Made by a program: the position numbers and the translations under genes. A stretch of 63,969 nucleotides of DNA, counting the filler, from Candidatus Rokuibacteriota bacterium (lineage in GTDB: Bacteria > JAUVQV01 > DATDCY01): NCBI GenBank assembly GCA_031406795.1. It is 6 parts of 6 records of this genome, joined end to end, with 100 filler letters (N's around TTAATTAATTAA, not from the genome) between each part and the next. Parts side by side here need not be neighbours in the genome. Positions count along the whole stretch, not along the records: positions 1 to 10,268 come from JANOHV010000007.1; 5 more parts are not named here. One strand, given 5' to 3'. This document shows, piece by piece, positions 1 through 10,368 of the stretch. Each line of letters starts with the position of its first letter. The stretch's first letter is position 1. Below the pieces are notes generated by a model that was not told the DNA's origin, made no database searches, and was given only the letters and a program-made list of their open reading frames with translations.

Positions 1-620
1 CCGAAGCCGCCAACGACGCCAACGACCACGTCGATCCTGATTTCGGCGATACGCGAGTCAAGCCTCGCGGTACTCGCGTAGATTTCATAGGCCCCGACAA
101 TCTCTTCCGAGTCGCTGGCGCGGAGAGGAACGTAGACTTCGAGCAGGTGGCCGAAGGCGCCGTACTCCGTGGTGTTCTCGGCCTTGCCGAGCGAGGAAAG
201 CTCGGCGTGCACCGCGCCGTGAAGTGCTGCGAGAAGCTCGCCGTTGTCTGGCTCTCTCGCGCCGAGATTCTGGCCGAGGTCGCTGTAGAGGAGGGTCATC
301 TCATTGTTCCAGATCTTGACGCGCACGATCTCCTCGGGCCGCGAGAGGCCCGTGCGCACCGTCGCATCCACCTGCCGGTAGAGCTCGGGCGGGAACGCGC
401 CCGCCATCGATTTCGCGTCGAGAAGCGGCCGGATCAGCGTGCTCACCTGGCGGCTGGCGATGCCGGCCGCTTCTTGCAGTTCCTGTGAAACCAGCCGTTG
501 CTGGAAAAAGTAGCCGATCACGACAGCCGCGGCGGTCGTGACGCCGAGCCCGATCAAAGTGAACCGCCAGATGAGGGTCGCTTCGAACGCCCTCTTCTGG
601 CGGCTCGTCCCGGCGCTCAT
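1..620 (-). CDS. Membrane-bound sensor protein (histidine kinase or HD-GYP/GGDEF type), N-terminal part; runs off window start
   Basis: Own translation from ATG 620: MSAGTSRQKRAFEATLIWRFTLIGLGVTTAAAVVIGYFF (TM1), then periplasmic ...VRVKIWNNEMTLLYSD...LLEVYVPL...IVGAYEIY..., then start of TM2; output domain lies outside the window. Confidence 0.7.
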   Translation of the reverse strand, partial: MSAGTSRQKRAFEATLIWRFTLIGLGVTTAAAVVIGYFFQQRLVSQELQEAAGIASRQVSTLIRPLLDAKSMAGAFPPELYRQVDATVRTGLSRPEEIVRVKIWNNEMTLLYSDLGQNLGAREPDNGELLAALHGAVHAELSSLGKAENTTEYGAFGHLLEVYVPLRASDSEEIVGAYEIYASTARLDSRIAEIRIDVVVGVVGGF

Positions 621-741
621 TCTCCGCAGCCAGCGGGACGGCAGCGCGACGGCCCGCACGTGCGCAACCAGAGCCGACCGTCGGAACGCATCCACCCGGG
701 TACTGTCCGAGAAGCGTCGCCGCCTGTCAAGAACGGTCAGC

Positions 742-1083
742 TCAGATCGCGGCCGCGCCGCACTCGCCGTTGCTGATCCGCAGGGCGTCGAACACCTCGG
801 TGACATAGATCTTGCCGTCGCCGGTCAGGCCGGTGTGGGCATTTGCGGCGATGCAGGAAACCACCCGGTCGAGGTGTTCGTCGCTGCAGAAAACTTCAAT
901 GCGCATGTGCGGGACATACGCCATCTCGTCCACGACGATGCGATGCGCCGCGCTTCGGGCGCGCCCGCGCCCGAAGCCCTGGCCTTTGCCGATGCTGATC
1001 CCGGTCAGCTCCGGGATGTCCCGCAATCCGATGGCGACCGGGGAGAGCTGGTGCGGCTTGATGAACGCGATCACCTGTTTCAC
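742..1083 (-). CDS. P-II family signalling protein
   Basis: KQVIAFIKP...GFGRG...AHTGLTGDGKIYVTEVFDALRISNGE are P-II motifs; GTG start overlaps the czcA stop (GTGA). Confidence 0.9.
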   Translation of the reverse strand: MKQVIAFIKPHQLSPVAIGLRDIPELTGISIGKGQGFGRGRARSAAHRIVVDEMAYVPHMRIEVFCSDEHLDRVVSCIAANAHTGLTGDGKIYVTEVFDALRISNGECGAAAI

Positions 1084-4000
1084 GATGCGGCCTCCGTCTC
1101 GGTTGACTGTTTTCTGTTTTCGAGCCACTCGTAGATCGTCGGCAGAACGATCAGCGTCAGGATGGTCGACGTGACTAGCCCGCCCATCACGACCACCGCG
1201 AGCGGCTTCTGGATATCGGCCCCCGAGCCGGTGGCGTAGAGCATTGGCACGTGCCCGATGAAGCTGCAGAGGGCCGTCATGATCAGCGGGCGGAAGCGCA
1301 GGTCGCAGCCCATGCGGACGGTTTCTTCGACCGATCGGCCCTCGGCGCGCAACTGGCGGAAGAACGCGATGAGCACGACGCCGTTCTGGACCGCGATGCC
1401 GAGCAGCACGATGAAGGCCACCGCCGCGGAAACCGAAAGCGGCATGCCGATCGCCGCGATCGCCAGCACGCCGCCGACGAGCGCGAAGGGGAGATTGAGA
1501 ACCACCAGCAGCGAGTCGCGGAAGGATCCGAGCGCCAGGTAGAGAAGGATCAGCACCAGCGCGAGGGCGATCGGCACAACCACCGAAAGCCGGCGCATCG
1601 CGCGCTGCTGGTTCTCGAACTGACCGCCGTATTCCAGGAAGTAGCCGGGGGGCAGACTCGACTCCAGCCCGGCAAGGCGTGATTGTGCCTCGGCCACGAA
1701 ACCGCCGAGGTCGCGGCCACGAATGTTGACTTCGGCCGCGACGCGGCGCATTCCTTTCTCGCGGCTGATCTGGGCCGGCCCCTCGACGGTCGCTATGGTG
1801 GCGATCCTCGCGAGCGGCACGCGCTCCCCGCCGGCGCCGGTGAAGAGGATGCGCCCGACTGCTTCCAGGTCGGCGCGCGCCTCGGCCGGGAAGCGCACCA
1901 CGACGGCCACCCGCCGCTGCCCCTCGACGACGCGCGTCGCCTCCGTGCCGGCGAGCGCCGTCTCGATCGTCGCGTTCACGTCGGCGACGCTGATCCCGTA
2001 CCGCGCCATCGCGGCGCGGTCCAGCGCGAACTCGATCTGCTCCATGCCGGAGACCTGCTCGACGCGGGCGTCGTTGGCGCCGCGCAGGGTGCCGAGCACC
2101 GCGGCCGCCTGGTCCGCGAAACCCTTGAGCAGGGCGATGTCGTCCCCGTAGATCTTCACGGCGAGGTCGCTCTTGACGCCCGAGATCAGCTCGTTGACCC
2201 GTAGCGCGATCGGCTGCGAGAATGAGAGCCGCACCCCGGGGATCTTGCCGAGTTCGCCCTGCATGGCGGCGACGAGTTCAGGCTTGGTCTTCGCGCTGGT
2301 CCAGTCCCCGCGCGGCTTGAGCATGATGAGCAGGTCGGTCTGCTCGGGTCCCATCGGGTCCTCGGAGATCTCGGCCCGTCCGGTCTTGCTGACGACCGCC
2401 GTCACCTCGGGGAAGATCTCGCGCAGGCGACGCTCCATGAAGCTGCTGACGCTGACCGATCCCTCGAGCGAGGCGTTGGGCAACCGCACCACGTTGATCG
2501 CGATCGCTCCTTCATCCAGGTTCGGGATAAACTCGGTGCCGATCTTCGTGGCGGCGAACCCGGCGCTGACGAGGAGGGCGGCCGACAGCGCGAAGGTCAC
2601 CCAGCGGGCCCTGCGGGCGCCGGCGAGCACGGCCAGGTAGCCGTGGTGAACGGCCTTGACGACGCGGAATTCCTTCTCCGGGGCCTGCCGCAGCAGCAGC
2701 GCCGCGGCCACCGGCACGATGGTCAGCGCCACGACGAGCGAGACGAGGATCGCAATGATCATCGTTGCCGCGAGCGGGGCGAACATCTTCCCCTCGATCC
2801 CCTGCAGCGAGAACAGCGGAATCATCACGATCACGATGATCAGCACCGAGAAGGCCACGGGTCGCGCCACTTCGCCGATCGCCTCGCGGGCGATGTGCCA
2901 GCGCAGGCCGGGGTCGCGCCGCTCGCCGAAGTGGCGGCGCATGTTTTCGACGATGACAATCGAGGCGTCCACGACCATGCCGACCGAAAACGCCAGCCCG
3001 CCGAGGCTCATCAGGTTCGAGGAGATCCCGGTGCGGCCCATGATCAGAAACGTCACGAGGAAGGTGATCGGCAGCGAGGCGACGACGATGAGCGCCGTGC
3101 GCAGCTCCGCGACGAAGAGAAAGAGAATCAGGATCACGAAGATGCCGCCCTCAAGCAGGGCGTCGACGACGGTCTTGATGCAGGCCTCGATCAGGGAGGT
3201 CCGGTCGTAGAAGACATTGAGGGCGACACCCGGCGGCAGACTCTTCTGGATCCGGGGCACGGTCTCCTTGACGGCGGTCACGACGTCCTTGGAGTTCGCC
3301 CCCCGCAGCATGATCACCATGCCGGCGACGGCCTCCCCCTGGCCGTCCCGGGAGACCGCGCCCTGGCGGGACTGCGGGCCGACGACGACTTCGGCGACGT
3401 CGTGCACGTGCACCGGCGTCCCCGCGGCGACCTTGAGCACGACTTCGCGGATGTCGTCGACTCCGGTGATTTGCCCGAGTCCGCGGATATAGGTCTGCTC
3501 CCAGCCGCGCACGATGAAACCCGCGGCGGCGTTGGCGTTGTTGCGCTCCAGCGCTTCCACGACGTCCCGCAGGCCGAGGCCGTACTTGAGCAGCGCGTCG
3601 GGGCGCACGAGCACGTGGTACTGTTTGACGAAGCCGCCGAAGCTGTTGACCTCGTTCACGCCGGGGATCGGGCGCAGCTGCGGCGCCACGAGGAAATCCT
3701 GGATCCCCCGCAGCTCCATCGGCGAGAGCGTTGCGCTCTCGAGCGTGTACTGGAAGATCTCTCCCAGCCCGGTGCTGGTCGGCCCCAGTTCCGGCTCGAC
3801 GCCGGCCGGGAGCTGGTCCTTTGCCCCCTGGATGCGTTCAAAGACCTGCTGGCGGGCGAAATAGATGTCGGTGTCGTCGTCGAAGACCACGATCACCTGC
3901 GAGAGGCCGGCCTTGGAGAGCGAACGCACCTGGGTCACCCGCGGCACGCCGCCCATCTGCTGCTCGATCGGGTAGGTGACCTGCTGCTCGATGTCGGCCG

Positions 4001-4169
4001 CCGAGAGCCCGGCGGCCTCGGTCAGAACCATGACCTGGACGTTCGTGACGTCGGGGAAGGCGTCGATCGGCAGGCGCGTCCAGGCCACGGCCCCGGCGAT
4101 GCAGAGCAGCAGCGTGGCGGCGATGACGAACCAGCGCTGCCGCAGCAGAATGGCGATGAAAGTCGGCAT
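1080..4169 (-). CDS. czcA: CusA/CzcA family heavy-metal efflux RND permease
   Basis: LPIDAFPDVTNVQV, LMSLGGLAFSVGMVVDASIVIVEN, GADIQKPLAVVVMGGLVTSTILTL; 1029 aa. Confidence 0.95.
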   Translation of the reverse strand: MPTFIAILLRQRWFVIAATLLLCIAGAVAWTRLPIDAFPDVTNVQVMVLTEAAGLSAADIEQQVTYPIEQQMGGVPRVTQVRSLSKAGLSQVIVVFDDDTDIYFARQQVFERIQGAKDQLPAGVEPELGPTSTGLGEIFQYTLESATLSPMELRGIQDFLVAPQLRPIPGVNEVNSFGGFVKQYHVLVRPDALLKYGLGLRDVVEALERNNANAAAGFIVRGWEQTYIRGLGQITGVDDIREVVLKVAAGTPVHVHDVAEVVVGPQSRQGAVSRDGQGEAVAGMVIMLRGANSKDVVTAVKETVPRIQKSLPPGVALNVFYDRTSLIEACIKTVVDALLEGGIFVILILFLFVAELRTALIVVASLPITFLVTFLIMGRTGISSNLMSLGGLAFSVGMVVDASIVIVENMRRHFGERRDPGLRWHIAREAIGEVARPVAFSVLIIVIVMIPLFSLQGIEGKMFAPLAATMIIAILVSLVVALTIVPVAAALLLRQAPEKEFRVVKAVHHGYLAVLAGARRARWVTFALSAALLVSAGFAATKIGTEFIPNLDEGAIAINVVRLPNASLEGSVSVSSFMERRLREIFPEVTAVVSKTGRAEISEDPMGPEQTDLLIMLKPRGDWTSAKTKPELVAAMQGELGKIPGVRLSFSQPIALRVNELISGVKSDLAVKIYGDDIALLKGFADQAAAVLGTLRGANDARVEQVSGMEQIEFALDRAAMARYGISVADVNATIETALAGTEATRVVEGQRRVAVVVRFPAEARADLEAVGRILFTGAGGERVPLARIATIATVEGPAQISREKGMRRVAAEVNIRGRDLGGFVAEAQSRLAGLESSLPPGYFLEYGGQFENQQRAMRRLSVVVPIALALVLILLYLALGSFRDSLLVVLNLPFALVGGVLAIAAIGMPLSVSAAVAFIVLLGIAVQNGVVLIAFFRQLRAEGRSVEETVRMGCDLRFRPLIMTALCSFIGHVPMLYATGSGADIQKPLAVVVMGGLVTSTILTLIVLPTIYEWLENRKQSTETEAAS

Positions 4170-4181
4170 CGGCTCTCTCCC

Positions 4182-5600
4182 TTAGTCGGCGCAGCCGGCG
4201 CCCATTTTCGAGCGCAGGACATCCGACTTGAGCAGGAAAGAGCCGTCGGCGATAATCCGCTGACCCGGAGCAAGGCCTGCGACGATTTCGACCTTGTCGT
4301 CGAGGCGCCGGCCGAGCGTCACCGGGCGGCGCACCCAGTAGTCCCCCTCGCGGTGGACGAAGACGAAGGTGCGCCCCTCGTCGGCGAGGACCGCGACTTT
4401 CGGGACCGCGACCGCGGCGGCGCCCCCCGGTCCGGCGATGCGGACCGTGACGAACATGCCGGGCCGCAGGGCGCCATTGGGGTTGGGGACGACGATCCGC
4501 GCCCGCGCGGTGCGGGTTTCCTCGCTCACGGTGCCCGAGACAATGTCGACGCTGCCGCGGGCGATTCCCGCGGGGCTCTCGACCAGGGCGACGGCCGCCT
4601 TCCCGGCGGCAATCACCGCCGCAAGGTCGACGTCCTTGAGGTCGGCCCAGACCCAGACCTCGGAGAGGTCGCTGACGACGAAGAGTTCCTTGCCGGCTTC
4701 GACATACTCCCCGGGGTTGGCGTGGCCTTCGAGCACCGTCCCGGCACGCGGGGCGCGCACGGCGACTCTGCCGCTGAGCGCGTCGCCGGCTCCTGATACC
4801 GGGTGCTCCTGCGGCGCGACGCCCAGCCGCGTCAGACGTGATTTCGCGCCTTCGAGCTCGATCCTGGCTTCGTCCTGGCGGGAGCGGGCCTGCTGGACCT
4901 CCATCTCGGCGGAGATCTGCTTGTCGAACAGCAGCGCTTCGCGTTCGGCCGTCTTGGTGGCCAGCTCCAGCGCGGCGGCCTTTTTCAGCAGGTCGGTTTT
5001 CGCTTCGGCGACGTCGTGGCTGTCGATCTCGAAAAGGACAGCGCCGGCGGCAACCCGCTGGCCGGCCTGGGCCGGGGAGCTGAGCACCACGCCCGACAAC
5101 GGGCTCGAGACGTGCACCGTGCGGGCGTCGCTGACGTGCACCTCGCCGGTCAGGCGCACCGAGTCTTCGAACGACGCAGTGCCGGCGGCGATCGCGGCAA
5201 CCAGCCCCGGCCGGCCCTCCTTCGAAACCACGTCCGGGTCGAGTTTCACGACGCCGAGCTCGTAGCGGCACGCGTCGCAGCTGTAATGCGGCACGTCGTG
5301 CTCGCACTTTCCCGTGAAGAGCTCGTCGACGGGGCGGTCGAGATCTGAGGTTTCGGCTGCGTCATGCTCGTGGGCATCCTGCTCGCCGTGGCCGGCCTCC
5401 GCTTCGTCGCGGTGGACATCGCCTTCGTGCGCAGGCTTGCGGTCGTCGTGGTCATCGTGGCCGGCCTGGACGATGATCGCCGGAGCGGCGTGCGGTGGCA
5501 AGGCGGTGCTCCTGCCGTAATAGAGCCCTGCCGTCCCCGCGGCGGCAACGGCGAGGACAAACCCGGAAAGCAACAGAATGCGCGGACTTTTCACGATCAT
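4182..5600 (-). CDS. czcB: RND periplasmic adaptor (CzcB-like) with His-rich and Cys/His N-terminal segment
   Basis: N-terminal TM, His-rich linker, CEHDVPHYSCDAC, membrane-fusion motifs LRPGMFV and GSFLLKS. Confidence 0.9.
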   Translation of the reverse strand: MIVKSPRILLLSGFVLAVAAAGTAGLYYGRSTALPPHAAPAIIVQAGHDDHDDRKPAHEGDVHRDEAEAGHGEQDAHEHDAAETSDLDRPVDELFTGKCEHDVPHYSCDACRYELGVVKLDPDVVSKEGRPGLVAAIAAGTASFEDSVRLTGEVHVSDARTVHVSSPLSGVVLSSPAQAGQRVAAGAVLFEIDSHDVAEAKTDLLKKAAALELATKTAEREALLFDKQISAEMEVQQARSRQDEARIELEGAKSRLTRLGVAPQEHPVSGAGDALSGRVAVRAPRAGTVLEGHANPGEYVEAGKELFVVSDLSEVWVWADLKDVDLAAVIAAGKAAVALVESPAGIARGSVDIVSGTVSEETRTARARIVVPNPNGALRPGMFVTVRIAGPGGAAAVAVPKVAVLADEGRTFVFVHREGDYWVRRPVTLGRRLDDKVEIVAGLAPGQRIIADGSFLLKSDVLRSKMGAGCAD

Positions 5601-5603
5601 CTC

Positions 5604-6833
5604 CTAGCGGACGCTGGTTGTAGAGGGCATGCCGGTCTTGCCGAGCAGCCGGTCGACGTCGATCCGCGCCTGTGCGAGGGAGGCAAGGGCGCCGGTATAC
5701 TGAAGACGCGCAGCGAGCAGGACCTCCGAGGCGTCGAGGACGTCGAGGTAGGGAAACTTCCCGAGACGATAGCCCTCCTGCACGGTGGCGAAGGCTTGCC
5801 CGGCTCCGGTGAGCACGTTGCTCCTGAGGATTGCGGCCTCACGCGCGGAGGTCTGCAACCCGACGGCGGCTCGTTCCAGTTCGGCGGTGAGTCGCCGCCC
5901 GGCCGCCGCATGTTCCCGTTCCGCCCGTTGCACATCGGCGGCTGCGGCGGCGAGGGCCCCGCGGTTTCTCCGGGATGCGAACAGGGGGAACGATGCGCCG
6001 ACGGTGATCCAGGCCTCACGATCGAGGCGGCTGTAGTTCGTGGCGGCGCGCCAGGTGATGTCCGGCGTCGATTGGGCCTGCTCCTCCGCGAGCGCGCCGC
6101 GGCGCACGAGCACCTCTCGCTCCAGGAGCCTCAGGTCAGACGAACCGGCGATCTGCGCGGTCAGCGCAGCGAAATCCGGGACGGTTGTATCCTCGGGGAG
6201 GCGTCCCTCCAGCGGCTCCGAGCGCACGCCGGGGTCGCCCACGGCGAGCGCCAGTTCGGCGCGGGCGAGCGCAACTTCGCGTCGCGCCCGTTCGATTTCG
6301 GCCGCCGCGCTGTGGAGCCGGACGGCGGCCCGTGTTTCTTCGATCGGAGAAGCGGCGCCGGCGCGAACTTTCTCCGTGACGGTTTCGGCGAAGGATCGCG
6401 TCAGCGCCAGGGACTCCTCCGTCAACACGAAGGACTGCTCGGCGGCGAGAACCGCGGCGTACGCCTTGCGGACCTGGTGGCCGATCTCGAGGCGTCGGAG
6501 GTCCGCCTGCGCGTCCAGCAGATCGAGCTCCGCGCGGGCGCTGGCGACCCTCGCCTCGCGTTTGCCGCCGCGTTCGTGCGTGCGGCTAATCCCGAGCGAA
6601 GTCTCCTCGAGCACGTTTCGGGTCTCGAGGTCCAACTCCGCCCCGGGCTTTACCGCCGCCTGGAGGATTCTCCCTTCGCCGGCTTGGATCTCGTGGGGGA
6701 CGACGGTGATCTCGAACCGGCTCTGCGTGGCCCGGGCCAGGGCCTCATCCAGACTGAGCCCCTGGGTGGAAGCTGCCGGCAGGAGCATCAGCGCGCAGAT
6801 TCCTCCGGCGATCGAGAAAGTCGACAATCGCAT
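5604..6833 (-). CDS. czcC: TolC family outer-membrane efflux protein (CzcC-like)
   Basis: Signal peptide, ERGGKREARV, YRLGKFPYLDVLDA; first structural gene of the RND operon. Confidence 0.9.
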   Translation of the reverse strand: MRLSTFSIAGGICALMLLPAASTQGLSLDEALARATQSRFEITVVPHEIQAGEGRILQAAVKPGAELDLETRNVLEETSLGISRTHERGGKREARVASARAELDLLDAQADLRRLEIGHQVRKAYAAVLAAEQSFVLTEESLALTRSFAETVTEKVRAGAASPIEETRAAVRLHSAAAEIERARREVALARAELALAVGDPGVRSEPLEGRLPEDTTVPDFAALTAQIAGSSDLRLLEREVLVRRGALAEEQAQSTPDITWRAATNYSRLDREAWITVGASFPLFASRRNRGALAAAAADVQRAEREHAAAGRRLTAELERAAVGLQTSAREAAILRSNVLTGAGQAFATVQEGYRLGKFPYLDVLDASEVLLAARLQYTGALASLAQARIDVDRLLGKTGMPSTTSVR

Positions 6834-6917
6834 ACCACTCTCCTTGCAACTGGTCTTCATGTCGTGGACGAAGAAGCTTCGCCCGGTGGGGGAATTTCGA
6901 GGTGGGGTACTACAGGA

Positions 6918-7346
6918 TCAGATTCGGAGGACTGCGATACGCAGGAAAGGCTGTCGCGGCGAACTTTGGATCGGGGGCGTGGGGCTTGCGGCGACTGCGT
7001 CCCCCGGGATGCCGAAGGCTTCGCTCGCGTAGCCGAGCGACTGTGCCACCATGGGAGCTCGGAGATCGTGATCGGGCCGGCTGCTGCTCACTGAAGTGGC
7101 TTCCGGGACGAGGATATCGACGCACGCGCTGCAGCCCTGATTCGTTCCGCTCACCGGCGTCTGATCGTGGCACGGCCCCATCGGAATCGCGGTTGAAGGC
7201 GAACAACCATTGCCAAGATCGAGGCAGAGCGCAGGGGCATCCCCACGGGCGAGCGCAAACACAAAGCAGAGCGCGAGTACCGCACTCACACCCGCACGGG
7301 AGACGCCGCTCCACGAAAGAAACCGCACACTACTCATATCGTACAC
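6918..7346 (-). CDS. Hypothetical Cys-containing exported protein upstream of czcC
   Basis: Signal-like N-terminus, ALCLD..C, PCHD, CSACVD, C-terminus LRIAVLRI; sits where czcI-like small genes usually sit; start uncertain. Confidence 0.55.
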   Translation of the reverse strand: MYDMSSVRFLSWSGVSRAGVSAVLALCFVFALARGDAPALCLDLGNGCSPSTAIPMGPCHDQTPVSGTNQGCSACVDILVPEATSVSSSRPDHDLRAPMVAQSLGYASEAFGIPGDAVAASPTPPIQSSPRQPFLRIAVLRI

Positions 7347-7401
7347 AGAGAGTAAGATAGCGACATCGCCGCCGTTGTCAATACAGGAGGGGGCCTGCTC
7401 C

Positions 7402-9831
7402 CTAGAACGGCCAGCGCCACCCCGTTATCTTCTCCTCGTCCACGCCGTGCTCGTGGGCGAAGCGGCGGCAGGCGATCTGCGCGTTGAGAAAATGCTCCTT
7501 GGCGTGGGCGCCGGCGACGTGCAGCCGCGGCACGCGGTCGATGACGTCGATCGCCAGGCTGAAGCGGTCGATCTGGTTGTTGATCGCCAGCTCCATCGGG
7601 GTGTTGATGCTCCCCTTTTCCTTGTAACCGCGTACGTGCAGCTGCCGGTTGGCGCGCTTGTAGGCCATCCGGTGAATCAGCCACGGGTAGCCGTGGAAGT
7701 TGAAGATCACCGGCTTGTCCGTCGTGAACAGGCCGTCGAAGTCGCGGTCGGAGAGCCCGTGCGGGTGCTCGTGGGCCGGCTGGAGGCGGAAGAGGTCGAC
7801 CACGTTGATGAAACGGATCTTCAGGTCCGGGAATTCCGATCTCAACAGCGCGGTGGCCGCCAGCGCCTCGTGGGTCGTGATGTCCCCGGCCGCGGCCATC
7901 ACGACGTCCGGCTCGACGCCCTGGTCGGTGCTCGCCCAGTCCCAGATGCCGATGCCCTTGTCGCAGTGCGTGATCGCTGCTTCGCGGTCCAGGTACTGCA
8001 GGTGCCGCTGCTTGTCGGCGACGATCACGTTGACGTAGTTCTCGCTTCTCAGGCAGTGATCGGCCACCGAGAGCAGGCAGTTGGCATCGGGCGGCAGATA
8101 AATGCGGGTCACCGAGGCGCTCTTGTTCACGACCACGTCGAGGAAGCCCGGGTCCTGGTGCGTAAACCCGTTGTGGTCCTGGCGCCAGACCGTGGAGGTG
8201 ATCAGCAGATTGAGCGAGGCGATCTCCTCGCGCCAGGAGAGGCGGTTGCAGCTGTCGAGCCACTTGGCGTGTTGATTGAACATCGAGTCGATGATGTGGA
8301 CGAAGGCTTCGTACGTGGAGAAGAACCCGTGGCGGCCGCTCAGCAGGTACCCCTCGAGCATCCCCTCCATGGTGTGCTCGCTGAGCATCTCGATCACACG
8401 GCCGTCGGGGGCGAGCTGCGTGCCGTCGGCGTCCTCGGGAAAGTACTCGGCCAGCCAGAGCTTGCGCGTCACTTCGTAGACGGCGTCGAGCTTGTTCGAG
8501 GTCGTCTCGTCGGGGCCGAAGACCCGGAAGTTGCGCATGTTCTGGCGCATGGTGTCCCGCAGGAAGGCGCCGAGCGGGCGGGTGTTTTCGGCGGCGACGG
8601 TTGCCGGCTTTTCGACGGCAACCGCGTAGTCGCGAAAGTCGGGGAGGTGCAGCTCCTTCTTCAGGATGCCGCCGTTGGCGTGCGGGTTCGCGCCCATGCG
8701 GCGCGTGCCGGCAGGGGCCGCCGCCCGCACCCCGGGAACGGGCCGGCCTTCGGCGTCGAACAACTCTTCGGGCCGGTAGCTGCGCAACCAGCGCTCGAGC
8801 AGCGCCAGGTGCTCCGCGTTCTTCGCTACGCCCGTAATCGGGACCTGGTGCGCCCGCCAGGAGCCCTCCAGTTGATGGCCGTTGAACTCTGCCGGCGCCG
8901 TCCACCCCTTCGGGCTGCGCAGCACGATCATCGGCCAGCGCGGGCGCAGCCCCTCGCCGGTGGCGCGGGCCTGCGCCTGCAGCGCCCGGATCTCGGCCAC
9001 GCAGTGGTCCAGCGTCGCCGCCATCGCCTGGTGCATGCTCTCGGGGTCGGAGCCCTCGACGAAATAGGGCGTCCAGCCGTACCCGTAGAAGAGCCAGGCC
9101 AGCTCTTCGTGACTGATGCGGGCGAGCAGCGTCGGGTTGTTGATCTTGTAGCCGTTGAGGTTGAGCACGGGGAGCACCGCGCCGTCGCGCACCGGGTTGA
9201 GGAATTTGTTGATGTGCCAGGAGGTCGCGAGCGGGCCGGTCTCGGCCTCGCCGTCGCCGACGACCGCGGCGACGATCAGGTCGGGGTTGTCGAAGGCCGC
9301 GCCGCAGGCGTGCGAGAGCACGTAGCCGAGTTCGCCGCCCTCGTGGATCGAGCCGGGGGTCTCGGGCGTGCAGTGGCTGCCGATCCCGCCGGGGAAGGAG
9401 AACTGTTTGAAGAAGCGCCGCAGCCCCTCCTCGTCGAGACTCTTGTCCGTGTAGACTTCGGAGTAGGTCCCCTCGAGGTAGACGGGCGCGAGCACCCCGG
9501 GGGCGCCGTGCCCGGGCCCGGCCATGAAGATCATGTCCAGATCGTTGGCCGCGATGACGCGGTTCAGGTGCGTGTAGACGAACGAGAGCGCCGGACTCGC
9601 GCCCCAGTGCCCGAGCAGCCGGCTCTTCAGGTGCTCGGGCGCCAGCGGTTCGCGCAGCAGCGGGTTGTCGCGCAGGTAGATCATCCCCAGGGCGAGGTAA
9701 TTGCAGGCCCGCCAGAAGGCGTCGACCCTGGCCAGTTGCCCGGCGTCGAGGGGCGTCCCCCCGACACTGGACCGCGCCGGGCCGAAGGCGCTCAACTCAT
9801 CGATGGCCGCGTCCTGCAGGGTCTCGTCCAT
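7402..9831 (-). CDS. xfp: Phosphoketolase (XFP family)
   Basis: [54 protein letters not shown]. Confidence 0.97.
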   Translation of the reverse strand: MDETLQDAAIDELSAFGPARSSVGGTPLDAGQLARVDAFWRACNYLALGMIYLRDNPLLREPLAPEHLKSRLLGHWGASPALSFVYTHLNRVIAANDLDMIFMAGPGHGAPGVLAPVYLEGTYSEVYTDKSLDEEGLRRFFKQFSFPGGIGSHCTPETPGSIHEGGELGYVLSHACGAAFDNPDLIVAAVVGDGEAETGPLATSWHINKFLNPVRDGAVLPVLNLNGYKINNPTLLARISHEELAWLFYGYGWTPYFVEGSDPESMHQAMAATLDHCVAEIRALQAQARATGEGLRPRWPMIVLRSPKGWTAPAEFNGHQLEGSWRAHQVPITGVAKNAEHLALLERWLRSYRPEELFDAEGRPVPGVRAAAPAGTRRMGANPHANGGILKKELHLPDFRDYAVAVEKPATVAAENTRPLGAFLRDTMRQNMRNFRVFGPDETTSNKLDAVYEVTRKLWLAEYFPEDADGTQLAPDGRVIEMLSEHTMEGMLEGYLLSGRHGFFSTYEAFVHIIDSMFNQHAKWLDSCNRLSWREEIASLNLLITSTVWRQDHNGFTHQDPGFLDVVVNKSASVTRIYLPPDANCLLSVADHCLRSENYVNVIVADKQRHLQYLDREAAITHCDKGIGIWDWASTDQGVEPDVVMAAAGDITTHEALAATALLRSEFPDLKIRFINVVDLFRLQPAHEHPHGLSDRDFDGLFTTDKPVIFNFHGYPWLIHRMAYKRANRQLHVRGYKEKGSINTPMELAINNQIDRFSLAIDVIDRVPRLHVAGAHAKEHFLNAQIACRRFAHEHGVDEEKITGWRWPF

Positions 9832-9915
9832 TGCGAACTCCTTTCGCTGCTCTCCGGTAGAAGGGCGATCTGATCACCGGCGCGATCGGGTGACCGCCTG
9901 CCGGTCCGCGAACGC

Positions 9916-10268
9916 TCAACCCGAGGTGCGGGCCTGCACCTGCCGCCGGAACTCCATCGGGTCGGCGATCGAGGTGAACGGCTCGTTGGTGCCGCCGGTC
10001 CCGGTGACCAGGATCGTGCCGTAGTTGAGCACCCGGCCGAGGATACTCTGATTGACGCGGATGGTCTCGACTTTCGTCAGCACCATCTCGAGGGTCTTGC
10101 GATGGATGAATCCGGTTTTGATCACCACCCGCTTGTTGGTGACGGCGAACTCCGAGGAGGCGTAGTGGATGGCGCGGTCGCCGCCGACCAGGGCGGCGTA
10201 GAGCAGGAAGATCGCGCCGAGCATCCAGAAGTACGACAGCCCGGAGTTGAGCAGGCCGAACACGACGA
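9916..10268 (-). CDS. Bacterial PH (bPH_2) domain membrane protein, 5' truncated by gap
   Basis: EFAVTNKRVVIKTGFI...KVETIRVNQSILGRVLNYGTILVTGTGG. Confidence 0.85.
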
Positions 10269-10368
10269 NNNNNNNNNNNNNNNNNNNNNNNNNNNNNNNN
10301 NNNNNNNNNNNNTTAATTAATTAANNNNNNNNNNNNNNNNNNNNNNNNNNNNNNNNNNNNNNNNNNNN
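10269..10368. other. Artificial contig linker
   Basis: N run containing TTAATTAATTAA (stops in all frames). Confidence 0.99.
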
